DNA of 64,000 nt from an uncultured Bacilli bacterium (GCA_934096715.1 CAKOMQ010000004.1:2051-66050), one strand, 5' to 3'; positions 16,984-26,920 are shown, numbered from the stretch's first letter. The notes: generated by a model from the letters alone, not told the origin. A program made the numbers and translations.

Positions 16984-18589
16984 TAAGGGATTTACATTAA
17001 TCGAGTTAATTGCTGTTCTTGCAATAATGGGAATACTTTTTACTATAGGTATTGCGACTTTTAATTTTAAGGGTAATACAGAAGAAGATACTAAGAAAGC
17101 TAATATAAATACTGTTGAAAAAGCAATAAATGTTTATTATAAAATATTATCTCAAAAAGGAAAATTAAATTATTCTAAAGATAGCGAAGAAACAGCGTTT
17201 TGTGTATCTTATGAAAATCTTGTAAAGAATGGATATTTAGTGGAAAGTAAAATACCTACTGATGAAAATGGCAATAAATATAAGTATGCTACTGTTACTA
17301 TTAAGAATAATCAATTAGCATATGTTAATACAAATCTTACAGAATCTTGTAAAAAAGAAAAAACTAATATAACACCTATTAAAAATAAAAGTGGTAATCA
17401 AGGAGAAAATCAAGATGATACTGAAACAGTAAACTCTTATGAATTTAATAGTACTATAAATCAAACAAGTGAGAATACTTATAAAGTTGATTCTAAATTT
17501 AGAATGACTATTAGTCAAAATATTGATATAACTGAGTATAGACCTATTTATACATTTATTGTTCTTGATAGGTCTGGATCTATGGGTGGATCTCCTATAG
17601 CAAATGCAGTTGCATCCATTAAAAATCTTACTACTGATTTATATAATGAAAATATGAAAGATGCTCCCAATCCAGATAAACCAAATAATAAACCTATTTA
17701 TTGTACGAGCGTAGTTAAATTTGGTGATTCATCATATGTAGAAACTCCATTTACTCACAATATTATTTCTCCAGGAACTAGTGCTCCTGACGGAACAATT
17801 TATTATATGCCAATGCAATTAATAAATAATACTCTTTTATCAAATATGAGTGCTTATATAGCTGGTGACTCGGATGTTTGCAAAAATGCTTTAAATAATA
17901 ATCCGTTATACTTTATCTTATTTTTAAGTGATGGTGGTCCATTTGATGGATATGGTGAAAGTGGCGACGGTACAACTTTAAAATATAATACTGAGCAATT
18001 GAAGGCAAAAGGTGTTTATATTTTTACAATCAGTTATGGTTATGGAAATAATTCACATCTTAAATGTATGGCATCTAAAGTTCTTGGTGAAAACGAAACA
18101 TACACTGATGCAGATTATAAACTATGTAATACATATTCAGATGCATCTAAATTAATTGGATATAACGCAACTGGTACTGGTACAAAAGTATTCTATTTTG
18201 AATCTAGTCAACAACAATCTTCTCTCTCTGAAATATTTAAAACTTTTAGTACTGTAGCTAGAAAAGAATCTCAAAAAACTGAATATGATAAAATTAATAT
18301 AACATTTACTATTAATAATAAGTATTTTAAATTAGATAATAATAGCAAAGAATTTAAAAGTTCTATGAATATAGATTCTATGGAAACTAAATTTTTAACA
18401 AGTAAAAATGATTTTAATATAACATTAATTAATGATAACTTTGAAGGAACAGAAATAAAACTATTTAAAAGTATTAAACTTGAATTTATAGATTATGATG
18501 GTAAAGTGGATAATAAAACTGTTGAAGTACCAGAAAACCAACTACCTAAAGTTAATGTATATAAGTATAAAGACACCTTAATCAACTAG
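16976..18589 (+). CDS. Modular type IV pilin with von Willebrand factor A module
   Basis: 537 aa. Canonical NNKG/FTLIELIAVLAIMGIL prepilin motif, MIDAS-like VLDRSGSMGG (DxSxS) and LFLSDGGP. Confidence 0.8.
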   Translation: MNNKGFTLIELIAVLAIMGILFTIGIATFNFKGNTEEDTKKANINTVEKAINVYYKILSQKGKLNYSKDSEETAFCVSYENLVKNGYLVESKIPTDENGNKYKYATVTIKNNQLAYVNTNLTESCKKEKTNITPIKNKSGNQGENQDDTETVNSYEFNSTINQTSENTYKVDSKFRMTISQNIDITEYRPIYTFIVLDRSGSMGGSPIANAVASIKNLTTDLYNENMKDAPNPDKPNNKPIYCTSVVKFGDSSYVETPFTHNIISPGTSAPDGTIYYMPMQLINNTLLSNMSAYIAGDSDVCKNALNNNPLYFILFLSDGGPFDGYGESGDGTTLKYNTEQLKAKGVYIFTISYGYGNNSHLKCMASKVLGENETYTDADYKLCNTYSDASKLIGYNATGTGTKVFYFESSQQQSSLSEIFKTFSTVARKESQKTEYDKINITFTINNKYFKLDNNSKEFKSSMNIDSMETKFLTSKNDFNITLINDNFEGTEIKLFKSIKLEFIDYDGKVDNKTVEVPENQLPKVNVYKYKDTLIN

Positions 18590-18596
18590 GTGTCTT

Positions 18597-19163
18597 TTAT
18601 AATTCAAGATATACATATTCATAATGACACATATCAGCATTATTTTTACATATACTTTCTTGATCATCTACTAAAAATTCAAATAGAAGTATGGGCTTAT
18701 CGGATTCTATTTTATTTATGTATTTAATACCAGATAAATTTAAATATATATAATTACATTTAGAATTATTAAAATCTGTTAAACAATTTTCTTTATATTT
18801 AGATATATCACCTATTAAATAGATATTATTTATATCTAAGTTATTTTGATTAATTAGATAATCTTCTTTATAACTTATATCTACGTTACTGGAATTCACT
18901 CCTATATTAGTTATAAGTTTATTATCATTTACTAAGGTACTTAACTTATCAAAATTATCTATATAATCTTCCATTACCCTTTTCATATAAAAAGATTTAT
19001 ATAAACTACTTACATTATCTTCTCTTTTTTGTTCCTTAGCTTTATTATATAGTTTAAAATACATGTTAAAAAGTAATAGTAATGAAGTCATTAATATTAT
19101 TATAGCAATTATTGTTTCAATAAATATAAATCCATTTTTTTCTCTACTCTTTATCATAATCAA
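18597..19163 (-). CDS. Type IV prepilin-like protein
   Basis: 188 aa. REKNG/FIFIETIIAIIIL with Glu at +5. Confidence 0.55.
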   Translation of the reverse strand: MIMIKSREKNGFIFIETIIAIIILMTSLLLLFNMYFKLYNKAKEQKREDNVSSLYKSFYMKRVMEDYIDNFDKLSTLVNDNKLITNIGVNSSNVDISYKEDYLINQNNLDINNIYLIGDISKYKENCLTDFNNSKCNYIYLNLSGIKYINKIESDKPILLFEFLVDDQESICKNNADMCHYEYVYLEL

Positions 19164-19204
19164 ATTATATCATTATTTAAAAAAGAAAAAAAGTGCTTAT
19201 GCAC

Positions 19205-21037
19205 TTAATTACTAGAATTAATATAGATAGTCATTTTAGATACATTGACAACATCTATACCTTCTTTAACGCTTTGATGAGCAACTTTGTTTACTTCAAC
19301 ACTAGAATTATATTTATCACTTGACGAGTTAACATATTCTTTAATAAGTTCTATTTTATTTAGTCTACAGAAACTTTCTACTTCGCTTACACTCTTACCA
19401 GTAAAATCTTTCATTAAAACATTATTATCACTAGTTTTTATATTTTTACCTGCTACACTTTTAACATATTCTGTATTAGCGTCATAGTAGAATGTTTTAA
19501 TTAATTCAGGTTCTTCTAATTCTAGGTTGATCTTCATAGTTTTTACAATATCATCTAAAGATTTTTGATATAAACCTAAAGTTGATAAGTACATACCATT
19601 TGGTAAGTATACCGGATTATCATATACTTCTAGGTAAGTTCTATTTAAAGTAAGCATTTCTGACCCATTTAATGTATTTGAAATCATACCCTTTAAGATA
19701 TTATAACTTGATAATATTTGATTAGTATCCATATTAACACTAATATTTTTACTTACAGCACTTAATATATCTTTGAAATCAGATAAACTATTTAGAGTTA
19801 CTAATTTACGAGCCATTGCTTCAACTAACTTTTGCTGATTTTGAATACGCATTAGATCTCCAGTTGGAAGTGAATGTCTATGACGAGCAAACGCTAGAGC
19901 TTGTTCACCATTTACATGTTGATTACCTACTTCAAGACATAATTGATTTTCAAAATTACGATGACTATCTTGTTCACAAAAAGCATTTTCAACATTTATG
20001 TCTACTCCACCTAAAGCATCCACCAAATCTACTACTCCCCTAAAATTTATCTTAGCATAATAATCTATTTTTAAAGTAGTTAGATTTTCAATGGTATTAA
20101 TAACACACTCTGTTCCACCAGCAGCAGATGAATTAATCTTGTTTATAGCATTTCCCCTACAAGAAATCGGAACATATAAATCTCTTGGAATACTAAATAC
20201 AGTAGCATTTAATGTATTTGGGTTAAATGATACAAGCATTAATGTATCTCCGTTAAATGAAGAATTAGCTTCTACCCCACTTTGACTATCGGTATCTACT
20301 CCCATTAAAAGAATCGTAAATGGTTCATTTAATTTCTTTTTACTATTCTTTAAACTAAGATCTTTATTATTCATAAGTTTACTGTATTTATAAACAACTT
20401 TAGTATTATTTGCTATATCTGGATAAGTACTTTCAAATAAACTTATATAGTTACTACTTACAAATATACCATCTACTTCTTTAGAATATAATTTATCAAT
20501 TAAACCGTCTGTTGTATAGGAATCATACTTAATAACTTCTTGTTTTAATTTATTCTTCTTAATAATATTTTTAGCTAATATATAACCTTCAATATCATTT
20601 TCATCACTAATCATGCCTAACTTACTTGTACTTTTTAAATTAGTATCATTTAAAGTAATCAAATAGCTTGTATAGACTATCTTTTTCTTTTCAGATAAAT
20701 TACTTATATTACCATAGATTACATTAATAAAATAAGAACATACAAACAAGAGAATAGCTATTAAGAATGTTATAATTGTTATAATTATAAACTTAACTTT
20801 CTTTCTTTTTACAACATAGGTATAGTTTCTATTTATTAAAAATAATAATAAAAGTATTAATATAACAATAACTATATATCTAATAGTAGTTTCTATACCA
20901 GATAGTTTTATTATAGATATATCTGCTAATACTAAGGATACTATAAAAGTTATTATACTTATAAGATAGATTGTAAGCATTACTTTATTAGAATTTTTTA
21001 ATTTCTTAATTATTCTTTTCATATTATGCTCCTTCAT
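19205..21037 (-). CDS. LCP (LytR-CpsA-Psr) family cell-wall glycopolymer ligase
   Basis: 610 aa. N-terminal TM segments, then the LCP core FTILLMGVDT...GDTLMLVSFNP...SIPRDLYV. Confidence 0.8.
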   Translation of the reverse strand: MKEHNMKRIIKKLKNSNKVMLTIYLISIITFIVSLVLADISIIKLSGIETTIRYIVIVILILLLLFLINRNYTYVVKRKKVKFIIITIITFLIAILLFVCSYFINVIYGNISNLSEKKKIVYTSYLITLNDTNLKSTSKLGMISDENDIEGYILAKNIIKKNKLKQEVIKYDSYTTDGLIDKLYSKEVDGIFVSSNYISLFESTYPDIANNTKVVYKYSKLMNNKDLSLKNSKKKLNEPFTILLMGVDTDSQSGVEANSSFNGDTLMLVSFNPNTLNATVFSIPRDLYVPISCRGNAINKINSSAAGGTECVINTIENLTTLKIDYYAKINFRGVVDLVDALGGVDINVENAFCEQDSHRNFENQLCLEVGNQHVNGEQALAFARHRHSLPTGDLMRIQNQQKLVEAMARKLVTLNSLSDFKDILSAVSKNISVNMDTNQILSSYNILKGMISNTLNGSEMLTLNRTYLEVYDNPVYLPNGMYLSTLGLYQKSLDDIVKTMKINLELEEPELIKTFYYDANTEYVKSVAGKNIKTSDNNVLMKDFTGKSVSEVESFCRLNKIELIKEYVNSSSDKYNSSVEVNKVAHQSVKEGIDVVNVSKMTIYINSSN

Positions 21038-21644
21038 ATCCTACTATAAATAGTTTATTATCTTTATTTATAACATCTATAATAGCGTTTTTATCATAGC
21101 CATAATCTTTCTTATAAGTCCAAGAAAGAGTTACTTTATATCCATTATAAGTAGTATCTTTATAGGTATAAGTTGATTCTTCTATATTAGTAGTTTTAAT
21201 TGACTCTACTATAGGTAATTCTTGTTCTCTAAAACCATCTGAGTTATCCAACATATATTTATATAAAGTATCAGTTATATTATTAGAAAAGTTTTCTTTA
21301 TTATCCTCTAGAATATATTCTAAAGATGGAGTGTCATATTTATTTATTTTATTATCTATAGTAAATATATCTATTACATATAGTTCTGATAATAGTTTAG
21401 CATATTCTTTATAATCAATATTATCACTTTTAAGAGTAGATTTTAATTTCTTAAAAGTATCTTTCATTAATTTAGTATCTCGATCATCTAAAGTATAACC
21501 ATATTCTTTAATACTGTCTTCTTGCTTATAAGCGTTTTTATCAGTGTCATTGTCATATAATTTATAACCTATAAATAAACTTAAAAAAGCTAGTATCAGT
21601 ACTAAAATAATTATTAGTAAAATCTTAGTCTTTTTCTTCATCAA
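21024..21644 (-). CDS. Membrane-anchored hypothetical protein
   Basis: 206 aa with a single N-terminal TM segment. Operonic with the LtaS and LCP genes (overlapping ends). Confidence 0.4.
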   Translation of the reverse strand: MMKKKTKILLIIILVLILAFLSLFIGYKLYDNDTDKNAYKQEDSIKEYGYTLDDRDTKLMKDTFKKLKSTLKSDNIDYKEYAKLLSELYVIDIFTIDNKINKYDTPSLEYILEDNKENFSNNITDTLYKYMLDNSDGFREQELPIVESIKTTNIEESTYTYKDTTYNGYKVTLSWTYKKDYGYDKNAIIDVINKDNKLFIVGYEGA

Positions 21645-21646
21645 CC

Positions 21647-23665
21647 CTACTCTCCTTTATTAGTATTATTCTTTTCATTCTTTAAATCATACATAATAAT
21701 AGCGTTACCTACATCTAATTCTTTTTCAGCAAGTGCTTTATATGTATTTATATATTTTTCATCTACTTTATTTCCATTTAGTTCTTTATAATCTCCTGTT
21801 GAATTATTATAATAAACTTTATTAGTTAAGAAATTACCATTAGGAAATACTACGTAGTCATCTTCTTTTATATTGAAGATATCATGTCCTAAAGTATATT
21901 TATATTCTATACCTAACATATTTAGAAGTGTTGGCATAGTATCGTACATTCCAACTACATTAGTATATTCACCTTTTAATTTTTTCTTTAACTTAGCATT
22001 CTTAGTCCACATGATTAGTGGAGTCTTTTTATTTAAGTTATGATCTATTGAATCATAAGGTTTATATGTTGGATCTGATTCATCCTTTAATTCTCCTGTT
22101 TTATAATCATAGTTGTATAGGTAATTTAAGTCTTTGTGAGAAAATTTAGCGTCGTGATCTCCATAGAATACAAATAATGTGTTATTAAATTTATCGCTAG
22201 TATTTATATAGTTTATGAAGTCACCTAAAGCTTCATCGGCATAGTGAGCACTTACAATGTAGTCACCTATACTTGTATCACATAAGTAACAAGTTTTTAC
22301 TTCTTCACCTGTTGATTCATCTTTGTATGTTACAGAAATATCATAATCAAATATATCATTATATTTAAACGGAGAATGATTAGATAAAGTAATGATTGTA
22401 CCAAAATAGTTTGGATAAGTATCTTCCATAACAGATAATTTATCAATAGCTTGTTTAAAGAATAATTTATCGTTGATACCTAAACCTACTTTTTCAGTTT
22501 CTTCATCATAAGTAAATTGATCTCTAAATATTAATTCTTCATAACCTAAATTAGGATGTACTTTACTTCTATTCCACATTGATGCGAAGTTACCATGCAT
22601 ACTGAATGTATGGTAGTTTCTTTCTTTTAAAAGAGTTGCAATAGATACAAACTTGTTATCTGGATATGTTACAAATACTGTGCCACTGTTACTTGGAAGT
22701 AATCCAGTCGTCATAATATATTCGGCATCTGATGAAGTACCTGTAGATATTTGAGGATAGAAGTTAGAGAAAAACATACCTTCTTTAGATAATTTCTTTA
22801 AATTTGGAACAACATCTTCATTGTTGAAATTAAAATCCATCAAGAAGTTTTGCATACTCTCCATATGAACATAAACTATATTATATCCTTCTAGAATACC
22901 AGTATATTTATTTTTGCCATTGTATTTTAAATTTTCTTCATTATTAAAATAGTCATCATAAAGTTTTTTTGCTTCTTCATAACCGAATAAACTGCTTATT
23001 TTAGGTTTGATTGTTTGAACGATATCGTTTCCTTGGTAAAGGATTATACCAAATCTTTCTACTATGTAGACCCTATTCCATTGTTTAGAAAGTCGAGAAT
23101 AATCAGTGCCAGTCGCAGTTATGAAGCTGTAACTTAAGAATATTAATGACGCTGTTAAAGTACCAATAACCATTCTTTTACTATTTTCTATTTTTGAAAC
23201 ATAGTTATAGTATGAAGTTTTTTTGATACCTTTGTGAATGTAAGAAAATAAGACAGGAAATAAAATATAAACGAAGTCTACTAATCTTAATTCATTTATG
23301 ATTGAGTCAGTTACTGTTTCGGCTTGTTTTAAAGTTGCTAACTCGCCTAGAGATGCAAAAGATGAATAGAATGTATAGTAAACTGAGTTAACCACTTGAA
23401 TGATTGTAAATATGATTAGCCAAGTAAAAAAATATTTGTATTGATTTTTAGGCTTGATAAAATAACCAAATGAACCGATTAAAAGGATCATACCTATTTC
23501 GGTACAAAGTGGTTTTAATGTTAGTGGTGTATTGATAGTGACATTACGTACTATGATACATCCTGCTAGGGAAAATAATAAGTAAGTTATAAATAATTTA
23601 TTAGTCATTACGTACTTACTTGCTTTCTTTTTTAAATCTTTAATCCATTTTTTCATCTTATTCAT
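21647..23665 (-). CDS. Lipoteichoic acid synthase family (sulfatase-fold) protein
   Basis: 672 aa. Five N-terminal TM segments plus an extracellular sulfatase domain (VHMESMQNF, LSNHSPF, FYGDHD). Confidence 0.8.
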   Translation of the reverse strand: MNKMKKWIKDLKKKASKYVMTNKLFITYLLFSLAGCIIVRNVTINTPLTLKPLCTEIGMILLIGSFGYFIKPKNQYKYFFTWLIIFTIIQVVNSVYYTFYSSFASLGELATLKQAETVTDSIINELRLVDFVYILFPVLFSYIHKGIKKTSYYNYVSKIENSKRMVIGTLTASLIFLSYSFITATGTDYSRLSKQWNRVYIVERFGIILYQGNDIVQTIKPKISSLFGYEEAKKLYDDYFNNEENLKYNGKNKYTGILEGYNIVYVHMESMQNFLMDFNFNNEDVVPNLKKLSKEGMFFSNFYPQISTGTSSDAEYIMTTGLLPSNSGTVFVTYPDNKFVSIATLLKERNYHTFSMHGNFASMWNRSKVHPNLGYEELIFRDQFTYDEETEKVGLGINDKLFFKQAIDKLSVMEDTYPNYFGTIITLSNHSPFKYNDIFDYDISVTYKDESTGEEVKTCYLCDTSIGDYIVSAHYADEALGDFINYINTSDKFNNTLFVFYGDHDAKFSHKDLNYLYNYDYKTGELKDESDPTYKPYDSIDHNLNKKTPLIMWTKNAKLKKKLKGEYTNVVGMYDTMPTLLNMLGIEYKYTLGHDIFNIKEDDYVVFPNGNFLTNKVYYNNSTGDYKELNGNKVDEKYINTYKALAEKELDVGNAIIMYDLKNEKNNTNKGE

Positions 23666-23737
23666 ACTTCATAACCTTCTTCAATTATTAATTTTACCAA
23701 ATTTCATGTATTTAGGCAAGTTGTCACAATTTTATTG

Positions 23738-23766
23738 TTGCATTTTTTTTAATTATTTGGTATTAT
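23738..23766 (+). promoter_or_regulatory. Sigma-A type promoter for tRNA-Gly
   Basis: ttgcat, 17-nt spacer, tattat; ends 15 nt before the tRNA 5' end. Confidence 0.5.
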
Positions 23767-23781
23767 TTAGTTACAGACAAC

Positions 23782-23856
23782 GCAGGTGTAGTATAATGGT
23801 TAATATGCGACCTTGCCAAGGTTGAGATGGGAGTTCGATTCTCCTCACTTGCTCCA
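23782..23856 (+). tRNA. tRNA-Gly (anticodon GCC), CCA encoded
   Basis: Hand-folded cloverleaf. Acceptor gcaggtg/cacttgc; D arm gtat/atat; anticodon stem cgacc/ggttg with loop ttGCCaa; 4-nt variable loop; T arm gggag-ttcgatt-ctcct; discriminator T plus CCA. Confidence 0.85.
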
Positions 23857-23894
23857 TAAGATAAAATCGTCGCACCAAAGCGATGTTAATGATT

Positions 23895-23923
23895 AAATCA
23901 ATCAGAAATGATTGATTTTTTTT
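23895..23923 (+). terminator. Intrinsic terminator after tRNA-Gly
   Basis: aaatcaatca-gaaa-tgattgattt followed by a T-run. Confidence 0.7.
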
Positions 23924-23942
23924 GTAATTTCAACCGCACCAC
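23922..23942. repeat. Orphan terminal inverted repeat of the IS30-family element
   Basis: ttgtaatttcaaccgcaccac matches the IS ends at 2449-2469 and 3590-3610 (reverse complement). It abuts a terminator hairpin, as the intact copy does. No transposase follows. Confidence 0.7.
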
Positions 23943-25002
23943 TATTTATAAGGTATAAACTGAAAATCAAAGTATGTATAATATCCACCTTTTGGACAAT
24001 TTAAATATTCTGTAATTTGATTGGCTGCTGTATCAGATATTTTATTTATTCTAACAGCAGTATCGTCGGTTTGAACTAATGGTACAACATATCTTGTCTT
24101 TGCTTTTATATTAACACAATATTTTTCATCAGCAGGCATTGTACTTTTATAAACTGTATCTGCATCTTGAAATAATTTAAAACAATCTGATAATTATCTT
24201 CACAAGTTAAAATTTTATCAATTACTTCTTGTTCTGAAAGTGTATATAAATCTTCTACTGTTAAATAACCAACATTATTCATTGACTTACACATATCTGC
24301 TAAAAATTGCATTACTGTTCTATCTTTATCGCTTACCCATTCAGGCCATAATTTTGAAATTGTATCTATATATTCTTCACAAACTTCTTTATCTTTGAAA
24401 GCAAGTTCTTGTATACCATCTTCATTTGCTGTTACTACAATGTTGTTATACATTTTTCTAATTTTATCTAATTCCCAAACTCTGAAAAAAGTTAATCCAC
24501 TTGCAAATGTATATTCAAATCTATCAGCAGATAATTTTGGTGTATCATTATCCGCTATAGGATAAATTTTATAGTCATCTACTTCTTCTAACTTTATACC
24601 ATCTCTTTTTAGTAAACTCATTATTTTTGAAGAATTTCTAATAATGTCAGATGTTTTTTCTTCAGTAGACTCTTGAATTTCTGAATCACCATTCATAAAA
24701 TCTATACAATGTTTAAATACAGGTGTAGCAATATCGTGGAATAGACCTGCTAATGTTTGTTTCTTGTCGTGTGTAAAGTGCCAAATAATTAAGGCAACAC
24801 CAACACTATGATCTAAATTAGAATACCAATATCTAACGTTAAAGCATTTAGAATAATCTGTACCACAACTCATACTTATTTTACTAATTCTTTCCATTTC
24901 AGGAGTATCAATATATTCTAATAACCATTCTGGAAACTCTGGTGATAAAATACTAAAATATTCTTTTACTTCATCATTTAAACTATCATAATATTTATTC
25001 AT
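23942..25002 (-). pseudogene. HD-domain phosphohydrolase-like gene, split by a 1-nt frameshift
   Basis: ORFs 24106-25011 (HD motif HSVGVALI...GLFHDIATP) and 23942-24139 overlap in different frames. Shifting frame near gattgttttaaattatttcaa (about 24160-24185) gives a continuous ...EDNY.DCFKLFQDADTVYKSTMPADEKY... The ATG at 25002 is preferred over the GTG at 25011. Confidence 0.55.
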
Positions 25003-25019
25003 TATAATCACTACCTTTC

Positions 25020-25682
25020 TTACTTACAACATACATCAAAAAAATCTTTTTCATACTTTGTTTTCTTTATCATTCCCTTTGTTATATCTAATTTATCTAA
25101 AAACTCGGATTTATATTTCATTATTTCTTTCCCATTTTCAATAGAAGTATATATTTTTTCATCTATATAGTATTGGTCATCATCGATTTCAATCAATTTT
25201 AATCTTTCCAACTTATTTAGACTCTTTATGACTTTATTTTCTGAAATATTAACATAAAAATCACTAGTTAATAAATAATCTAATATGGGTGTAGTACCTT
25301 TTTCCTTGTTTTTTTGTAGCACATAAAGTGGAATTACTATTTTACTATATATTTTTGTAAAAATTTTAAAATCATTTGAATCCATTTGTTTGATAACCTC
25401 TGAAAAACTTGGATGAACATTTTCCTTTTTTGCTATATCCATATCAGAAGCCATTAAATTTAAATATAATTGTTTTATATCTTCTTTGCCCCAATTGTAA
25501 CTAATAGCTTGTGCAGACTGAATAAATATACTTGGATCAGCATCAACTATGTTTTCTGCGTTTTTGATTTCTAGTTTTCTTTGTAATTCTTGTTCAAATT
25601 CTTTAACTATAGACTCTCTGTTAATACACCACATTTCAGCTTTTGCCAATACATTTTTTACAACTCTAGGAACTAATCTCAC
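25020..25682 (-). CDS. Abi-alpha (DUF4393)-like protein
   Basis: 220 aa. The central segment LYLNLMASDMD...VHPSFSEVIKQMDSNDFKIF resembles the Abi-alpha family core as I remember it. No search was possible. Confidence 0.35.
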   Translation of the reverse strand: MRLVPRVVKNVLAKAEMWCINRESIVKEFEQELQRKLEIKNAENIVDADPSIFIQSAQAISYNWGKEDIKQLYLNLMASDMDIAKKENVHPSFSEVIKQMDSNDFKIFTKIYSKIVIPLYVLQKNKEKGTTPILDYLLTSDFYVNISENKVIKSLNKLERLKLIEIDDDQYYIDEKIYTSIENGKEIMKYKSEFLDKLDITKGMIKKTKYEKDFFDVCCK

Positions 25683-25700
25683 TGATAAATTGTAATATAA

Positions 25701-26261
25701 TTAACAATGACCACCGTTATCTTTAAAATATGATTCAATATATTTTACCAAAATTTTAGCTTTGTTAAATTGTTTGTCTTTAACAACATTTATAATATAA
25801 TCACTACCACTTGCATCAATAATATTATCATCTTTATCATATTCTATTAGATAAGTATACTTTTCTTCATTAAGTAGGCAGTTAAGAAGAACAGTTTGAT
25901 TATCTTTTATAGTCATTGAGTCTCTTTTAGAATCAAACATAATATTTATAAAAATGTCAATAGCAAAACAAACAATAAAAATTATTATCAAGATTTTTAA
26001 TATCTTAATTATTATCTCTGTATGTTTTTCAGTATTATTTACTTTTTCTACTAATACTTGTTTAATATCATTATTTAATAATTCATCAATACTAACATTC
26101 AATGCTTTAGATAATAATTTTAACTGTTCAGGATTTGGAGAAGTTTCACCAAGCTCCCAATTTGATATTGTTTGTCTAGTTACGCCAATTTTTTCTGCTA
26201 ATTGTTCTTGTGAAAGTTTGCAATCTTTTCTTAGTTTGAAAATATTATCTCCTAACTTCAT
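25701..26261 (-). CDS. XRE-family HTH protein with TM segment and C-terminal domain
   Basis: Start moved to the Met at 26261 (RBS aaaggag 7 nt upstream). HTH LSQEQLAEKIGVTRQTISNWELGETSP, followed by one TM helix. Confidence 0.75.
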   Translation of the reverse strand: MKLGDNIFKLRKDCKLSQEQLAEKIGVTRQTISNWELGETSPNPEQLKLLSKALNVSIDELLNNDIKQVLVEKVNNTEKHTEIIIKILKILIIIFIVCFAIDIFINIMFDSKRDSMTIKDNQTVLLNCLLNEEKYTYLIEYDKDDNIIDASGSDYIINVVKDKQFNKAKILVKYIESYFKDNGGHC

Positions 26262-26369
26262 TCTTATTTCTCCTTTCACTAACAATAATATATATGTTAG
26301 TCTGGGATTTCTACCAAATGTCTTTGGAAGTTTGTCAAAGACTTTTAACAATTATAATACAAGTAACTA

Positions 26370-26750
26370 TTATTCTACATCACAAGACCAAAGCCCATGC
26401 TTATTACAATATGCATATAATTTTGATCCTTTTATATATTTGAATTTACATTCTGCACTTTGTTCTGGTAATAATTTAACTTTACAAATATCTTTGTCAT
26501 TAACCATTGCAATCCATTCAATAAAATGTTCTTTTTCCATGACGTGATTAACTTTTACAAGTATGCAATCATCAGCATATTCAAAAGTCGGAATATGTTT
26601 TTCAAACGATGCATCAACACTATTTGAAATTAACTTTACCATAGGTTTGCCACAACAAGTTATTCCACACTCATCACAGTTACAGTCATTAATAGCCTCA
26701 ACTAATGCACCACATTTTTGACATTTTTTAATTATTAATTCATTTTTCAT
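26370..26750 (-). CDS. dfx: Desulfoferrodoxin (superoxide reductase)
   Basis: 126 aa. N-terminal desulforedoxin CxxC...CC, then KHIP, HVMEKEHFIEWI and YCNKHGLW, which are the neelaredoxin-centre ligand motifs. Confidence 0.85.
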   Translation of the reverse strand: MKNELIIKKCQKCGALVEAINDCNCDECGITCCGKPMVKLISNSVDASFEKHIPTFEYADDCILVKVNHVMEKEHFIEWIAMVNDKDICKVKLLPEQSAECKFKYIKGSKLYAYCNKHGLWSCDVE

Positions 26751-26878
26751 TTGTTTCCTCCTTATATAACAAGTTATATTAATTATAACTAAATAATTGT
26801 AATTTAGCTAGTATCTAATTGTTCTCTGTGTTTATAAAATGAAGTTTGAAAGCACAATTTCTTAGATTTTATATCTTT

Positions 26879-26920
26879 GGCAAAGTTAATGAAAAAGCAT
26901 AAATTTTCATTAACTTTGTC
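26879..26920. promoter_or_regulatory. 15-17 bp perfect palindrome upstream of dfx
   Basis: caaagttaatgaaaa (26881-26895) and ttttcattaactttg (26904-26918), separated by 8 nt. No flanking T-run, so operator-like rather than terminator-like. Confidence 0.25.

Noticed and set aside
14842-19163. A complete type IV pilus or competence pseudopilus operon
   Set aside because: Only pilin-like genes are present. No assembly ATPase, platform protein, prepilin peptidase or retraction ATPase motifs were found in any ORF in the window.
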